A DNA stretch of 16,329 bases from Candidatus Oleincola secundus (GCA_018400815.1 JAGYLS010000040.1:1-16329), one strand, 5' to 3'. Shown: positions 1 to 8,358, numbered from the stretch's first letter. Program-made: numbers and translations. The notes: generated by a model not told the origin, from the sequence alone.

Positions 1-16
1 TGAAAGAGGGATAACA

Positions 17-865
17 ATGGAATATTTGAGCATGTTTTTTTGGTTTTTCTTTATTTTTTCAGTCCTCTCTCCATGGTTTAAACAAAAAACATTAGAATCA
101 TCGCGAGTTTCTCTTATTCATCGATTTGAAAAAAGCAGGGGCTCCAGAGTGATTACTATGATTCATCGTCAGGAAACAATGAGTATATTAGGGATACCTT
201 TGACCAGATATATTAATATAGAAGATTCTGAGGCAATATTAAGGGCTATAAGACTTACAGATGATAATATGCCTATTGATATCATTCTACACACTCCGGG
301 AGGATTGGTATTGGCTACGGAGCAGATTGCCAATGCCTTAATTCGTCATAAAGGAAAGATAACAGTTTTTATACCTCATTATGCGATGAGTGGAGGTACT
401 ATGCTTTCTCTGGCAGCGGATGAGATTGTTTTGGATGAAAACGCAGTATTAGGTCCCGTAGACCCTCAGTTAGGTCAATATCCGGCTGTTTCAATCCTCA
501 ATGTTTTGAAAGACAAAGACAGAAATGAGATTGACGATGAAACAATCATTCAGGCTGACATTGCCAGAAAGGCTATAACTCAGGTTTATAATTTTGTTAA
601 AAAATTGCTCATAGAAAATAATTGTACTGAAGAAAAAGCTCAAAAAATTGCCCAAACCCTGACTGAGGGAAGATGGACACATGATTACCCTATAAAATTT
701 GAAGAAGCAAAAGAATTAGGCCTTTGCGTTTCCAGTGAAATGCCAAAAGAAATCTATGAATTAATGGACCTTTATCCGCAAAATCCTGGAAAGAGGCCTT
801 CTGTTCAGTATATTCCGATACCGTATAAAAGACCATCTATACCTCCGGCAAAAAGTAATAATTGA
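17..865 (+). CDS. SDH-family (Ser-Asp-His) ClpP-fold serine protease with N-terminal membrane anchor
   Basis: 282-aa ORF with a hydrophobic N-terminus (MFFWFFFIFSVL). It has the family motifs HTPGG, HYAMSGGT (Ser125), LGPVDPQ (Asp149) and GRWTHDYPI (His222). A GAGGG RBS lies at 6-10. Confidence 0.9.
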   Translation: MEYLSMFFWFFFIFSVLSPWFKQKTLESSRVSLIHRFEKSRGSRVITMIHRQETMSILGIPLTRYINIEDSEAILRAIRLTDDNMPIDIILHTPGGLVLATEQIANALIRHKGKITVFIPHYAMSGGTMLSLAADEIVLDENAVLGPVDPQLGQYPAVSILNVLKDKDRNEIDDETIIQADIARKAITQVYNFVKKLLIENNCTEEKAQKIAQTLTEGRWTHDYPIKFEEAKELGLCVSSEMPKEIYELMDLYPQNPGKRPSVQYIPIPYKRPSIPPAKSNN

Positions 866-891
866 TAATCGGATAAATAATGATTTTCAGA

Positions 892-935
892 TATACTAAA
901 GTATTTAACATTTTTTATTGTTAAATTTTTATTAA
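892..935 (+). promoter_or_regulatory. Candidate promoter -10 element and operator upstream of the oxidoreductase genes
   Basis: TATACT at 892-897, an inverted repeat ATTTAACA-N8-TGTTAAAT at 903-926, and an overlapping Rex-like TTGTTAA-ATTT-TTATTAA at 918-935. No good -35 element at canonical spacing, and the region is very AT-rich. Confidence 0.3.
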
Positions 936-951
936 TAAAGGAGGAACTAAG

Positions 952-2709
952 ATGAAACAGGGTGAAAGAACCAGCAAGACTGCAGAAAATGATATATCTA
1001 TTGTTCTTTGCGGTGGAGCAGGACAGGGTATTCAAACAGTCGAACAATTGTTGACCCGTATGCTGAAACTTTCCGGATACCATGTTTTTGCTACCAAAGA
1101 GTATATGTCTCGCGTACGGGGAGGGAGTAATTCTATCCAAATACGTATTTCCGATCATCCGGTTCAGGCCCCAGTTAGGCGAATCGATCTTTTGATACCC
1201 CTGGATAAGGATGCTATTGCTCATGTTTCGGATCGCCTTAGCAAAAGCACAATCATTATTGGAGATCGGGGAAAATTTGATACTGATCGGGAAGTTGTGG
1301 ATGTTTCCTTCTCCAATATGGCTAAAGAAATTGGTAATATTATCTTTGCCAATACTATAGCGGTAGGCCTTTTGTTGGGATTAACTGAAGGAGATATCAA
1401 AGAAGGAAAACAATTTTTAAAGAATTATTTTACTCTAAAGAAAAAAGAAGAGTTTATCCCCGATAATCTTAAAGCTCTGGAGAAAGGCTTTCAGGAGGCA
1501 GCCAGATTAGTTAAAGAGAAACATATTGATCCTGACAAATTTCTTCATATGAAAAAATCCAAAGAGATTAAGGATGATCTGTTAATTAACGGAGCTGAAG
1601 CAATTGGCTTTGGGGCTATAGCGGGTGGATGCAATTTTATTTCTTCCTATCCCATGTCTCCTTCGACGGGTGTACTTGTTTTTCTGTCCCAACATGCTCA
1701 TGAATTTGATATTATTTCTGAACAGGCTGAAGATGAAATCAGTGCTGTTAACATGGCCATTGGGGCCTGGTATGCCGGAGCACGGGCTATGGTCACTACC
1801 TCAGGAGGCGGGTTGGCTCTCATGACTGAGGGTATCAGCCTGGCCGGAATGGTAGAAAGCCCTATGGTTATTCATTTAGCTCAACGCCCCGGTCCTGCTA
1901 CCGGATTACCTACCCGTACTGAGCAGGGAGATTTGCAGCTTGCCCTTTATGCCGGTCATGGAGAATTTCCCCGAATTATCCTGGCTCCCGGGCAAATTGA
2001 AGAGGCTTATGAGGTTACCCAAAAAGCTTTTTATCTGGCTGATAAGTATCAGGTTCCCGTGTTTATACTGACTGATCAGTATACTATGGATTCTTATTAT
2101 AATGTAAAAGAATTTAGTGTTCCAGAGGGGAAAATAGACAGATTTATAATCAAGACAGATGCTGATTACCAGCGTTATAGCCTGGATACAGATAATGGTA
2201 TAACTCCCAGAGGAATTCCCAATCATGGTGAAGGACTGGTAAGAGCAGATAGTGATGAACATGATGAGAACGGACTGATTACCGAAGATATGGAAGTCAG
2301 AATTAAGATGATGGAAAAGAGAAACAGTAAACTGAACGACTTTAAAAAAGAGGCTTTTGCACCGAACCTACTGGGACCGAAAGATTACCGTGTTCTTTGT
2401 GTAGGCTGGGGATCCACCTATCATGTTATCAAGGAAGCCCTTGATAAACTAAATATACCCGACGCAGCTTTACTGCATTTCAAACAGGTGTATCCTGTTC
2501 CTGAAGAAAGCATAAAATATCTAAGAAAAGCCAAGCAGATTATTTCAATAGAAAATAATTATAATGGCCAATTTGCTCAATTACTGGAAATCTCAACCGG
2601 TATCAGCATTGAAACAAAAATATTGAAATACAACGGTTTACCGTTTTATAGTGATGAGCTGGCTGAGGAAATCAATCATGCTATTTCCGAAAAGGGAGGT
2701 CAAAAATGA
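952..2709 (+). CDS. korA: 2-oxoacid:ferredoxin (acceptor) oxidoreductase alpha subunit, gamma-alpha domain fusion
   Basis: 585 aa. N-terminal gamma domain (GGAGQG...SRVRGG), then [39 protein letters not shown] and GHGEFPR, with C-terminal ENNYNGQ...KYNGLPF. Strong AAGGAGG RBS. The actual 2-oxoacid substrate cannot be assigned. Confidence 0.93.
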   Translation: MKQGERTSKTAENDISIVLCGGAGQGIQTVEQLLTRMLKLSGYHVFATKEYMSRVRGGSNSIQIRISDHPVQAPVRRIDLLIPLDKDAIAHVSDRLSKSTIIIGDRGKFDTDREVVDVSFSNMAKEIGNIIFANTIAVGLLLGLTEGDIKEGKQFLKNYFTLKKKEEFIPDNLKALEKGFQEAARLVKEKHIDPDKFLHMKKSKEIKDDLLINGAEAIGFGAIAGGCNFISSYPMSPSTGVLVFLSQHAHEFDIISEQAEDEISAVNMAIGAWYAGARAMVTTSGGGLALMTEGISLAGMVESPMVIHLAQRPGPATGLPTRTEQGDLQLALYAGHGEFPRIILAPGQIEEAYEVTQKAFYLADKYQVPVFILTDQYTMDSYYNVKEFSVPEGKIDRFIIKTDADYQRYSLDTDNGITPRGIPNHGEGLVRADSDEHDENGLITEDMEVRIKMMEKRNSKLNDFKKEAFAPNLLGPKDYRVLCVGWGSTYHVIKEALDKLNIPDAALLHFKQVYPVPEESIKYLRKAKQIISIENNYNGQFAQLLEISTGISIETKILKYNGLPFYSDELAEEINHAISEKGGQK

Positions 2710-3569
2710 CAAAAATTAAACAATTTGAAATAGAACAGGTTAAAACAGCCTGGTGTCCCGGTTGCGGCAATTTTATGATATTAAAGGCATTACAGCAGGC
2801 TTTAAAAGAATTATCCCTCAAGCCCCAGCAGGTGGTAATCGTTTCCGGTATCGGCCAGGCTGCCAAGACACCGCATTATCTAAATGTTAATATGTTTAAC
2901 GGATTGCATGGAAGGGCTTTACCGCCAGCTACAGCCATCAAAGCCTGTAATCCTGAATTAACGGTCATTGCCGAAGGAGGAGATGGAGATATGTATGGTG
3001 AAGGAGGAAATCATTTTCTTCACACAATAAGGCGTAACCCCAATATTACTCATCTGGTACACAATAATATGGTCTATGGACTGACTAAAGGTCAGGCATC
3101 TCCTACCAGCGAATTTGGGTTTAAAACACCGGTACAAACTGATGGTGTTATTTCCGAACCAGTTAATCCCCTGGCATTGGCTATTTCCATGGGTGCTTCT
3201 TTTGTAGCCAGAGTATTTTGCGGGGATACCAAAAAAACTGCTGATATTATTAAAAAAGCAATTCAGCATTCCGGATATGCCCTGGTAGATATTTTTCAGC
3301 CCTGTGTCACTTTTAATAAAGTAAATACCTTTAAATGGTTTAAAGAACATACCTATGATTTAGAAGACCATGACTCACATGACCGTAATCAGGCTTTAAA
3401 AAGGGCGATGGAAAAAGAAAAGCTACCCCTGGGAATTTTCTATCAAAATGATGATAAAAAATCCTTTGAACAGCAATTATCCGTGCGTGAAGATAAAGAA
3501 ACTCCTTTTATCATGAGAGAGTTGAACCGACAGAAGCTAAAAGAATTGCTTAAATCAAAACAGTCTTAA
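2706..3569 (+). CDS. korB: 2-oxoacid:ferredoxin oxidoreductase beta subunit (TPP-binding)
   Basis: 287 aa with [13 protein letters not shown], the TPP motif GGDGD...[13 protein letters not shown] and QPCVTFN. ATGA overlap with the alpha gene and a GGGAGGT RBS. Confidence 0.93.
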   Translation: MTKIKQFEIEQVKTAWCPGCGNFMILKALQQALKELSLKPQQVVIVSGIGQAAKTPHYLNVNMFNGLHGRALPPATAIKACNPELTVIAEGGDGDMYGEGGNHFLHTIRRNPNITHLVHNNMVYGLTKGQASPTSEFGFKTPVQTDGVISEPVNPLALAISMGASFVARVFCGDTKKTADIIKKAIQHSGYALVDIFQPCVTFNKVNTFKWFKEHTYDLEDHDSHDRNQALKRAMEKEKLPLGIFYQNDDKKSFEQQLSVREDKETPFIMRELNRQKLKELLKSKQS

Positions 3570-3606
3570 CATAAATTGCATAATTAAAATGGTAACATAG
3601 CCTGGA

Positions 3607-3630
3607 TTAGCTGCAAAAAATTGTGGCTGA
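3607..3630 (+). terminator. Weak hairpin after korB, possible terminator
   Basis: TTAGCTGCAA-AAAA-TTGTGGCTGA forms a 10-bp stem on the + strand with three G-U pairs. No U-tract follows. Confidence 0.25.
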
Positions 3631-3697
3631 ATTGGATAGTTGAATATAACATAAAAGTAGTGTTGTAGAAATATTTTTAAGGAGAAAGATAGGCAAA

Positions 3698-5212
3698 ATG
3701 TCTAAAAAATACTTATTGAGTCAATACAACCATACTATCCTGGTAACTGTAATCAATATCTTAATCATTATTTTTAGTTTAACTAATTTTTCTATGGCAG
3801 AAACTATTCAAGATACTATTGATGTCAGGGACTATATTGAAAATAAATTTGATTCAGCCATATTTCATTTATATCTGGGGTCGATGGGAGAACTGGATAG
3901 CAAAGAAATTGAATTTATCGAATTGCTTGTTGACCAACCTGGAGATAGTCAAATATTTTACGGCAAAAAAGTTTACCAAAAAGGATTCGATTCAGCTCTT
4001 TTGGAGCAATTAAAAGAGGAAATCAAAGAAAGAGAAAAGTTAGCAATCGAAAAACTCGAAGAGGTTATTGATGATATTCCTGAATTATCCCTACCTACCT
4101 TGCCCCCAATGGAATTTTGGGAGAGAATCTATGCTCGCATGGTTTCCATGCAAAAAATAATCACTACTACCGATTATAATCGTTTTTCTATATGCGGTGT
4201 GGATTCTGCCCGTAGCGAACGAGTGGTGAAACGAGTAAAAAATTATTTCGACTGGTCTAAACAATGGAGTAAAGAAGGACAGGAACTAGAGCAGCTGGCA
4301 GAAAAAGCCAGGTTAGAGGGGAATATTTTTTTAGCTCGTCGATTATTTCATGAGGCAGCCGGTTGTTTTCATGTTGGTGCATTTATTAACTATTATAATG
4401 TTGAAGAAAAAATTGAGGCACAAAATCTTGCCAGAAAATGCTATCAAAAGGCAATTGCTTTATATAATGAAAAGGAAAGACCAATTAGAATCGAGATTCC
4501 CTTTCGGGGAGTGGAGATACCGGGATATCTTATGCTGACCAGCCAGCCCGACCAGCCTTTGATTATATTTGTCAATGTATTGAACAATATCAAAGAAGTA
4601 GAAAACCATTTCTTTGCCCAGGATTTCTTAAAAGCGGGATTTAATGTATTTAATTTTGATGGACCCGGCCAGGGTGAAATGCATCAAAAAATGCGTTTAA
4701 TACCTGATTATGAGAAAGCTATCCATGCTATCATCGACTGGTTTGAAGTAAATAATGACTTTAATATTAATCTAGATCGAATTGGAGTAATGGGAATTAG
4801 TTTTGGGGGTTTTTCTTCTATAAAAGCGGCGGCTTTGGATTCCAGGATTGACTGTGTTATAAGTAACGGTGGCTATGCCTATTTCCCACCGCTTTCACAT
4901 CTTAAGAAACTGAGTATTCCTACCAGACGTTCAATTTATTATATGACCGGCTATCAAAAAATGAGTGAAGTAGATGAACATTTTGGTCATCTGGATATCA
5001 AAACATGTCCGCCTCTTGATAGGCCTATGCTGATTATTCAGGGAGGCAAAGATAAAACAGTACCCCCGGAACATGCTGATTATTTTATGGAATGGGCAAC
5101 AAGTAATGAAAAGGAATTATTTTATATTGAAGATGCTAATCATTGCTGCCAGGATTACTTTGATTTGATTACCCCTTATACAATTGATTGGCTGAGGAAA
5201 CATTTATTATAA
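3698..5212 (+). CDS. Alpha/beta-fold hydrolase (FrsA / 2,6-dihydroxypseudooxynicotine hydrolase-like) with N-terminal signal-like segment and extra domain
   Basis: 504 aa. FDGPGQGE, nucleophile elbow GISFGG (Ser368), QGGKD (Asp452) and ANHCC (His482). A helical W..W...G..LE..A region precedes IEIPF...IPGYL, as in this family. Hydrophobic residues about 13-27 are followed by SMA-ET. AAGGAG lies upstream. Confidence 0.82.
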   Translation: MSKKYLLSQYNHTILVTVINILIIIFSLTNFSMAETIQDTIDVRDYIENKFDSAIFHLYLGSMGELDSKEIEFIELLVDQPGDSQIFYGKKVYQKGFDSALLEQLKEEIKEREKLAIEKLEEVIDDIPELSLPTLPPMEFWERIYARMVSMQKIITTTDYNRFSICGVDSARSERVVKRVKNYFDWSKQWSKEGQELEQLAEKARLEGNIFLARRLFHEAAGCFHVGAFINYYNVEEKIEAQNLARKCYQKAIALYNEKERPIRIEIPFRGVEIPGYLMLTSQPDQPLIIFVNVLNNIKEVENHFFAQDFLKAGFNVFNFDGPGQGEMHQKMRLIPDYEKAIHAIIDWFEVNNDFNINLDRIGVMGISFGGFSSIKAAALDSRIDCVISNGGYAYFPPLSHLKKLSIPTRRSIYYMTGYQKMSEVDEHFGHLDIKTCPPLDRPMLIIQGGKDKTVPPEHADYFMEWATSNEKELFYIEDANHCCQDYFDLITPYTIDWLRKHLL

Positions 5213-5245
5213 TAACGAATATTTTTTAGAAAAGATTAAATTAAA

Positions 5246-5481
5246 TTTATTTAACCATGAAAAAACACCTTCTAAGAAGGTGGTAATGGTTAAATAAAGG
5301 TTTTACCATAAAAATATCAAGATAAGCCATATGATAATTTTTCACCTGAAATCCAAAGAGTTATGTTATTTTGAAATATTCAGTTAAATATAAGAAAGAG
5401 CATAGCATAAATTAACCAGGAAAAAGGCATACATCTTTTAGAGATTCTTAAAGCCACCCGCTTTGCGGGTGTGATGTTTAT
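5246..5481 (+). mobile_element. Copy 1 of a dispersed hairpin-rich repeat, probable non-autonomous IS200/IS605-derived miniature element
   Basis: 5246-5350 aligns with 8148-8254 with 9 mismatches and one 2-nt indel by hand count. 5445-5471 is identical to 8307-8333 (27 nt). Left hairpin CACCTTC-TAA-GAAGGTG is nested in a perfect 13-bp stem (5246-5258/5286-5298), and the right hairpin is CACCCGC-TTT-GCGGGTG. No transposase ORF. The repeat itself is certain; the IS origin is inferred. Confidence 0.65.
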
Positions 5482-5512
5482 TAATCCAGTATTTAACAAC
5501 GGAATACTATAG

Positions 5513-6739
5513 ATGAAAAATAAAAATAAAAGATTACCCAATAAAATTATATCCGGATTATTTCTTAATAGCTTAAGATGGTATTTGGGAAACATCTTTT
5601 CTCTAAACCTGGAAAAGAATGATACCATAAAACTTAACCCTCCATATTTGTTGATCGGAAACCATGCCAATTTTTGGGACGGAGTTTTGGTAAATCTCTT
5701 TATCAAGGATCCTATCTGTTTCCTGGTTTCAGATGAATATTTTCGCAAACCCCTTTTAGGATGGCTTCTCCAAATAGAAGGTTCAATCCCCAAGAAAAAA
5801 TATTTTGCAGATTTTACGGCAATCAAAGAAGCTTTAAAAGCAAAAGAGACAGGACGTATTATCGGGATTTTCCCGGGAGGCAATCGTAACTGGGATGGCT
5901 CCACCGAAGAAATTCTTTTCCCTACTGCTAAACTGATTAAAATGTTAAATATACCGGTGGTACGTGTTTTGTCAAAAGGTTCTTATCTGACTTATCCCCG
6001 CTGGGCTAATTTTAAGCGAAGAGGCAAAATATCTTATTCTTATGATTTAATCTTAACAAATGAGAAAATTCAGGAATTGACTGTTGAAGATATTTACCGT
6101 GAAGTTACAAAAAGCCTGTCTTACCGGGAATATGATTATCAGAGAACGGCAATGAATAAATATATGGGAAAAAATCTTGCCGAAAGATTGGAATTATTTT
6201 TATTCTTATGCCCCAAGTGCCATCAAATAGGTTCACTTCGTTCCAGAGGTGATATTCTCAGTTGTCAGACCTGTGGTTATGAGGTGAAATATAACCAATA
6301 TGGTTTTCTCAGCTCTGAAAAACAACACCTCTATTTTGATAATCCTGATGATTGGAATCAATGGCAAATCAGCTGGATAAAAGATTTTTTAGAAAAAAGC
6401 ATTAAAAACGGAAGTCAGGAAACTCTTTTGCAGGATAAGGGAGTCAATATTACCAGGATTATTAAACAGAAAATTCTGGAACAGGTAAAATATGGCGAAT
6501 TGTCTTTAAGAGGAAAGGAACTTATTCTGAAAACAGATACCTCGGGGGCTTTACATTTTAAGTTAAGTTTGATTAAAGGACTTAATGTTCAATATAATAA
6601 TCAGCTCGAGTTTTATTATCAGGATGAATTATATAAATTTAATTTTGATAATCCCTCGATTTCAGCCTATAAATGGTATAAAATAATAAAATTATATCAA
6701 AATATATTTTTTAATATAAACAGCGTGGAGGAGACATGA
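5513..6739 (+). CDS. PlsC-family (1-acylglycerol-3-phosphate / lysophospholipid) acyltransferase with C-terminal Zn-ribbon-containing extension
   Basis: 408 aa with the catalytic NHxxxxD motif (NHANFWD), a block III variant IFPGGNR, and IPVV. CPKC-x14-CQTC at residues 233-254. The RBS is weak, so the start is less certain. Confidence 0.85.
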   Translation: MKNKNKRLPNKIISGLFLNSLRWYLGNIFSLNLEKNDTIKLNPPYLLIGNHANFWDGVLVNLFIKDPICFLVSDEYFRKPLLGWLLQIEGSIPKKKYFADFTAIKEALKAKETGRIIGIFPGGNRNWDGSTEEILFPTAKLIKMLNIPVVRVLSKGSYLTYPRWANFKRRGKISYSYDLILTNEKIQELTVEDIYREVTKSLSYREYDYQRTAMNKYMGKNLAERLELFLFLCPKCHQIGSLRSRGDILSCQTCGYEVKYNQYGFLSSEKQHLYFDNPDDWNQWQISWIKDFLEKSIKNGSQETLLQDKGVNITRIIKQKILEQVKYGELSLRGKELILKTDTSGALHFKLSLIKGLNVQYNNQLEFYYQDELYKFNFDNPSISAYKWYKIIKLYQNIFFNINSVEET

Positions 6740-8094
6740 ATCAAAATTGGACAATGATTATAGATTTTTTATGGCTTTCTTTGTTTGTTGGTATCGGTGT
6801 GTTCTTGAAAAGGAAAGTTTATTTTTTTCGCAAATATCTTTTCCCCACCGCTATTATTGCCGGGTTTATCGGCTTGCTGCTGGGTCCTGAAATACTAAAT
6901 ATTATACATTTAGATAATGAACGGCTAGGCAGTTTGGTTTATCATCTGATGGCTGTTGGGTTTATAGCTATTGCGCTGAAAAAAAGGGAACATACCCATA
7001 GTAAAAATATTGTCAATTCAGGTATTTATATTGTCAGCATTTATGTGGTTCAGGGAATTGTTGGTTTTACAATTTCTCTTTTGCTGGTAAATACTTTTTT
7101 CCCGGATTTGTTCCCGCCTTTTGGCTTATTATTGCCATTGGGGTTTGGCCAGGGACCGGGTCAGGCTTATGCTATAGGAAGCCAGTGGGAGGAAATTGGT
7201 TTTTTTCAGGGAGGAAACATTGGTCTTTCAATTGCTACCATCGGTTTTCTTTGGGCTTGTATTGTAGGAGTTATCTTTATGAATTACTTAGTCAGGAAGG
7301 GTATTTTCAAAATAGAATCTGATAGGGGTAACCGAAAAGAAGAAAAAATTCATGAAGAAATGGATTCAGGAGAACTTCCTCTGGGTGCTTCTTTAGACGA
7401 CATTTCTATTCAATTGTTTTTGATTGGTCTGGTGTATTTGGTAACTTATCTAACTTTATTAGGTTTAAATACTATATTGGTTTCGCTGGGTACCTTTGGA
7501 GAAACGCTTGCTCAGCTATTCTGGGGATTTCACTTTATTATCGGAACCACCTATGCTATTTTACTGAGAATTGGTTTTGACCTATTTAAGAGAATGAAAA
7601 TAATGACCCATGAATATCCAAATAATTATATGTTACAGAGAATTGCGGGTGGCTCTTTTGACTTCATGATTGCCGCAGCTATTACTGCTATTTCATTGAA
7701 AACATTACGCTATTATATGATTCCTACTTTGCTCATTACTACTATTGGGGGAATAGTAACAATTTTCTTTATCTTGTGGATGACTCGTCGTATTTTTAAA
7801 GAAGATATTTTTGAAAATACCCTGGCTTTTTACGGAACATATACAGGTACCATTTCTACCGGGATGGCTCTATTAAAACAAATAGACCCGGGTTTTCATT
7901 CACGAGCATCGGAAAATATTGTCCTGGGTAGTGGGGTTGCTCTTTTATTTGGTTTTCCTCTTATGGTGATTTTAAATATTCCCATATTCGGGTATGTTAC
8001 CAACCAGCCTTCAATGTATCTGCTGACATTGCTTGCATTTTTGGTTTATTTTGGCATTTTATATTTTATTCTATATAAGAATAAACCCAAGTGA
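6736..8094 (+). CDS. gltS: Sodium:glutamate symporter (GltS/ESS) family membrane transporter
   Basis: 452 aa with about 10-12 hydrophobic segments. N-terminal LKRKV..F.KYLFP.AIIAG.IGLLLGP, re-entrant-loop-like GFGQGPGQA and YGTYTGTISTGMALL..IDP. ATGA overlap with the upstream gene and a GGAGGAG RBS. The substrate is not established. Confidence 0.8.
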   Translation: MNQNWTMIIDFLWLSLFVGIGVFLKRKVYFFRKYLFPTAIIAGFIGLLLGPEILNIIHLDNERLGSLVYHLMAVGFIAIALKKREHTHSKNIVNSGIYIVSIYVVQGIVGFTISLLLVNTFFPDLFPPFGLLLPLGFGQGPGQAYAIGSQWEEIGFFQGGNIGLSIATIGFLWACIVGVIFMNYLVRKGIFKIESDRGNRKEEKIHEEMDSGELPLGASLDDISIQLFLIGLVYLVTYLTLLGLNTILVSLGTFGETLAQLFWGFHFIIGTTYAILLRIGFDLFKRMKIMTHEYPNNYMLQRIAGGSFDFMIAAAITAISLKTLRYYMIPTLLITTIGGIVTIFFILWMTRRIFKEDIFENTLAFYGTYTGTISTGMALLKQIDPGFHSRASENIVLGSGVALLFGFPLMVILNIPIFGYVTNQPSMYLLTLLAFLVYFGILYFILYKNKPK

Positions 8095-8147
8095 TAGAAA
8101 AGTCTTCAAATAGAAACGTTCTAGTCCTGTAAAGTTTATCAAAATAT

Positions 8148-8343
8148 TTTATTTAACCATGAAAAACCACCTTCTAAGAAAGTGGTAATGGTTAAATAAA
8201 ATGGTTTTATCATAAAAAGATTAAGATAAGCTAGATGTCAATTTTTCACCTGAAGTTCAATGTAGGAAGTGGGATTGCTAAGAAAAAGCTAAACCTCTTT
8301 AAGAGGTTCTTAAAGCCACCCGCTTTGCGGGTGCGATATTTAC
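8148..8343 (+). mobile_element. Copy 2 of the dispersed hairpin-rich repeat, probable non-autonomous IS200/IS605-derived miniature element
   Basis: Direct repeat of 5246-5481 with a middle about 40 nt shorter. Perfect 15-bp outer stem (8146-8160/8188-8202) encloses ACCACCTTC-TAA-GAAAGTGGT. Further hairpins are AACCTCT-TTA-AGAGGTT (8292-8308) and CACCCGC-TTT-GCGGGTG (8317-8333). Confidence 0.65.
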
Positions 8344-8358
8344 AGTTATGATAAGTTT

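Noticed and set aside
5351..5417. Variable core as a tnpA remnant (AAAGAG-TT-ATG) or a guide sequence
   Set aside because: The ATG closes after three codons, no transposase similarity is visible, and I saw no matching target elsewhere in the window. It cannot be supported without a search.
5380..5904. 174-aa minus-strand ORF extending into repeat copy 1, considered as a possible transposase
   Set aside because: It is mostly antisense to the acyltransferase and has no HUH/Tyr or DDE motifs, so it is treated as a shadow ORF.
5246..8343. Repeats as a CRISPR array, tRNA or glycine riboswitch (minus strand contains TTCAGGT)
   Set aside because: There are only two long copies 2.9 kb apart, with no repeat-spacer periodicity, cas genes or cloverleaf. 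The other glycine aptamer motifs are absent and no minus-strand gene lies downstream.
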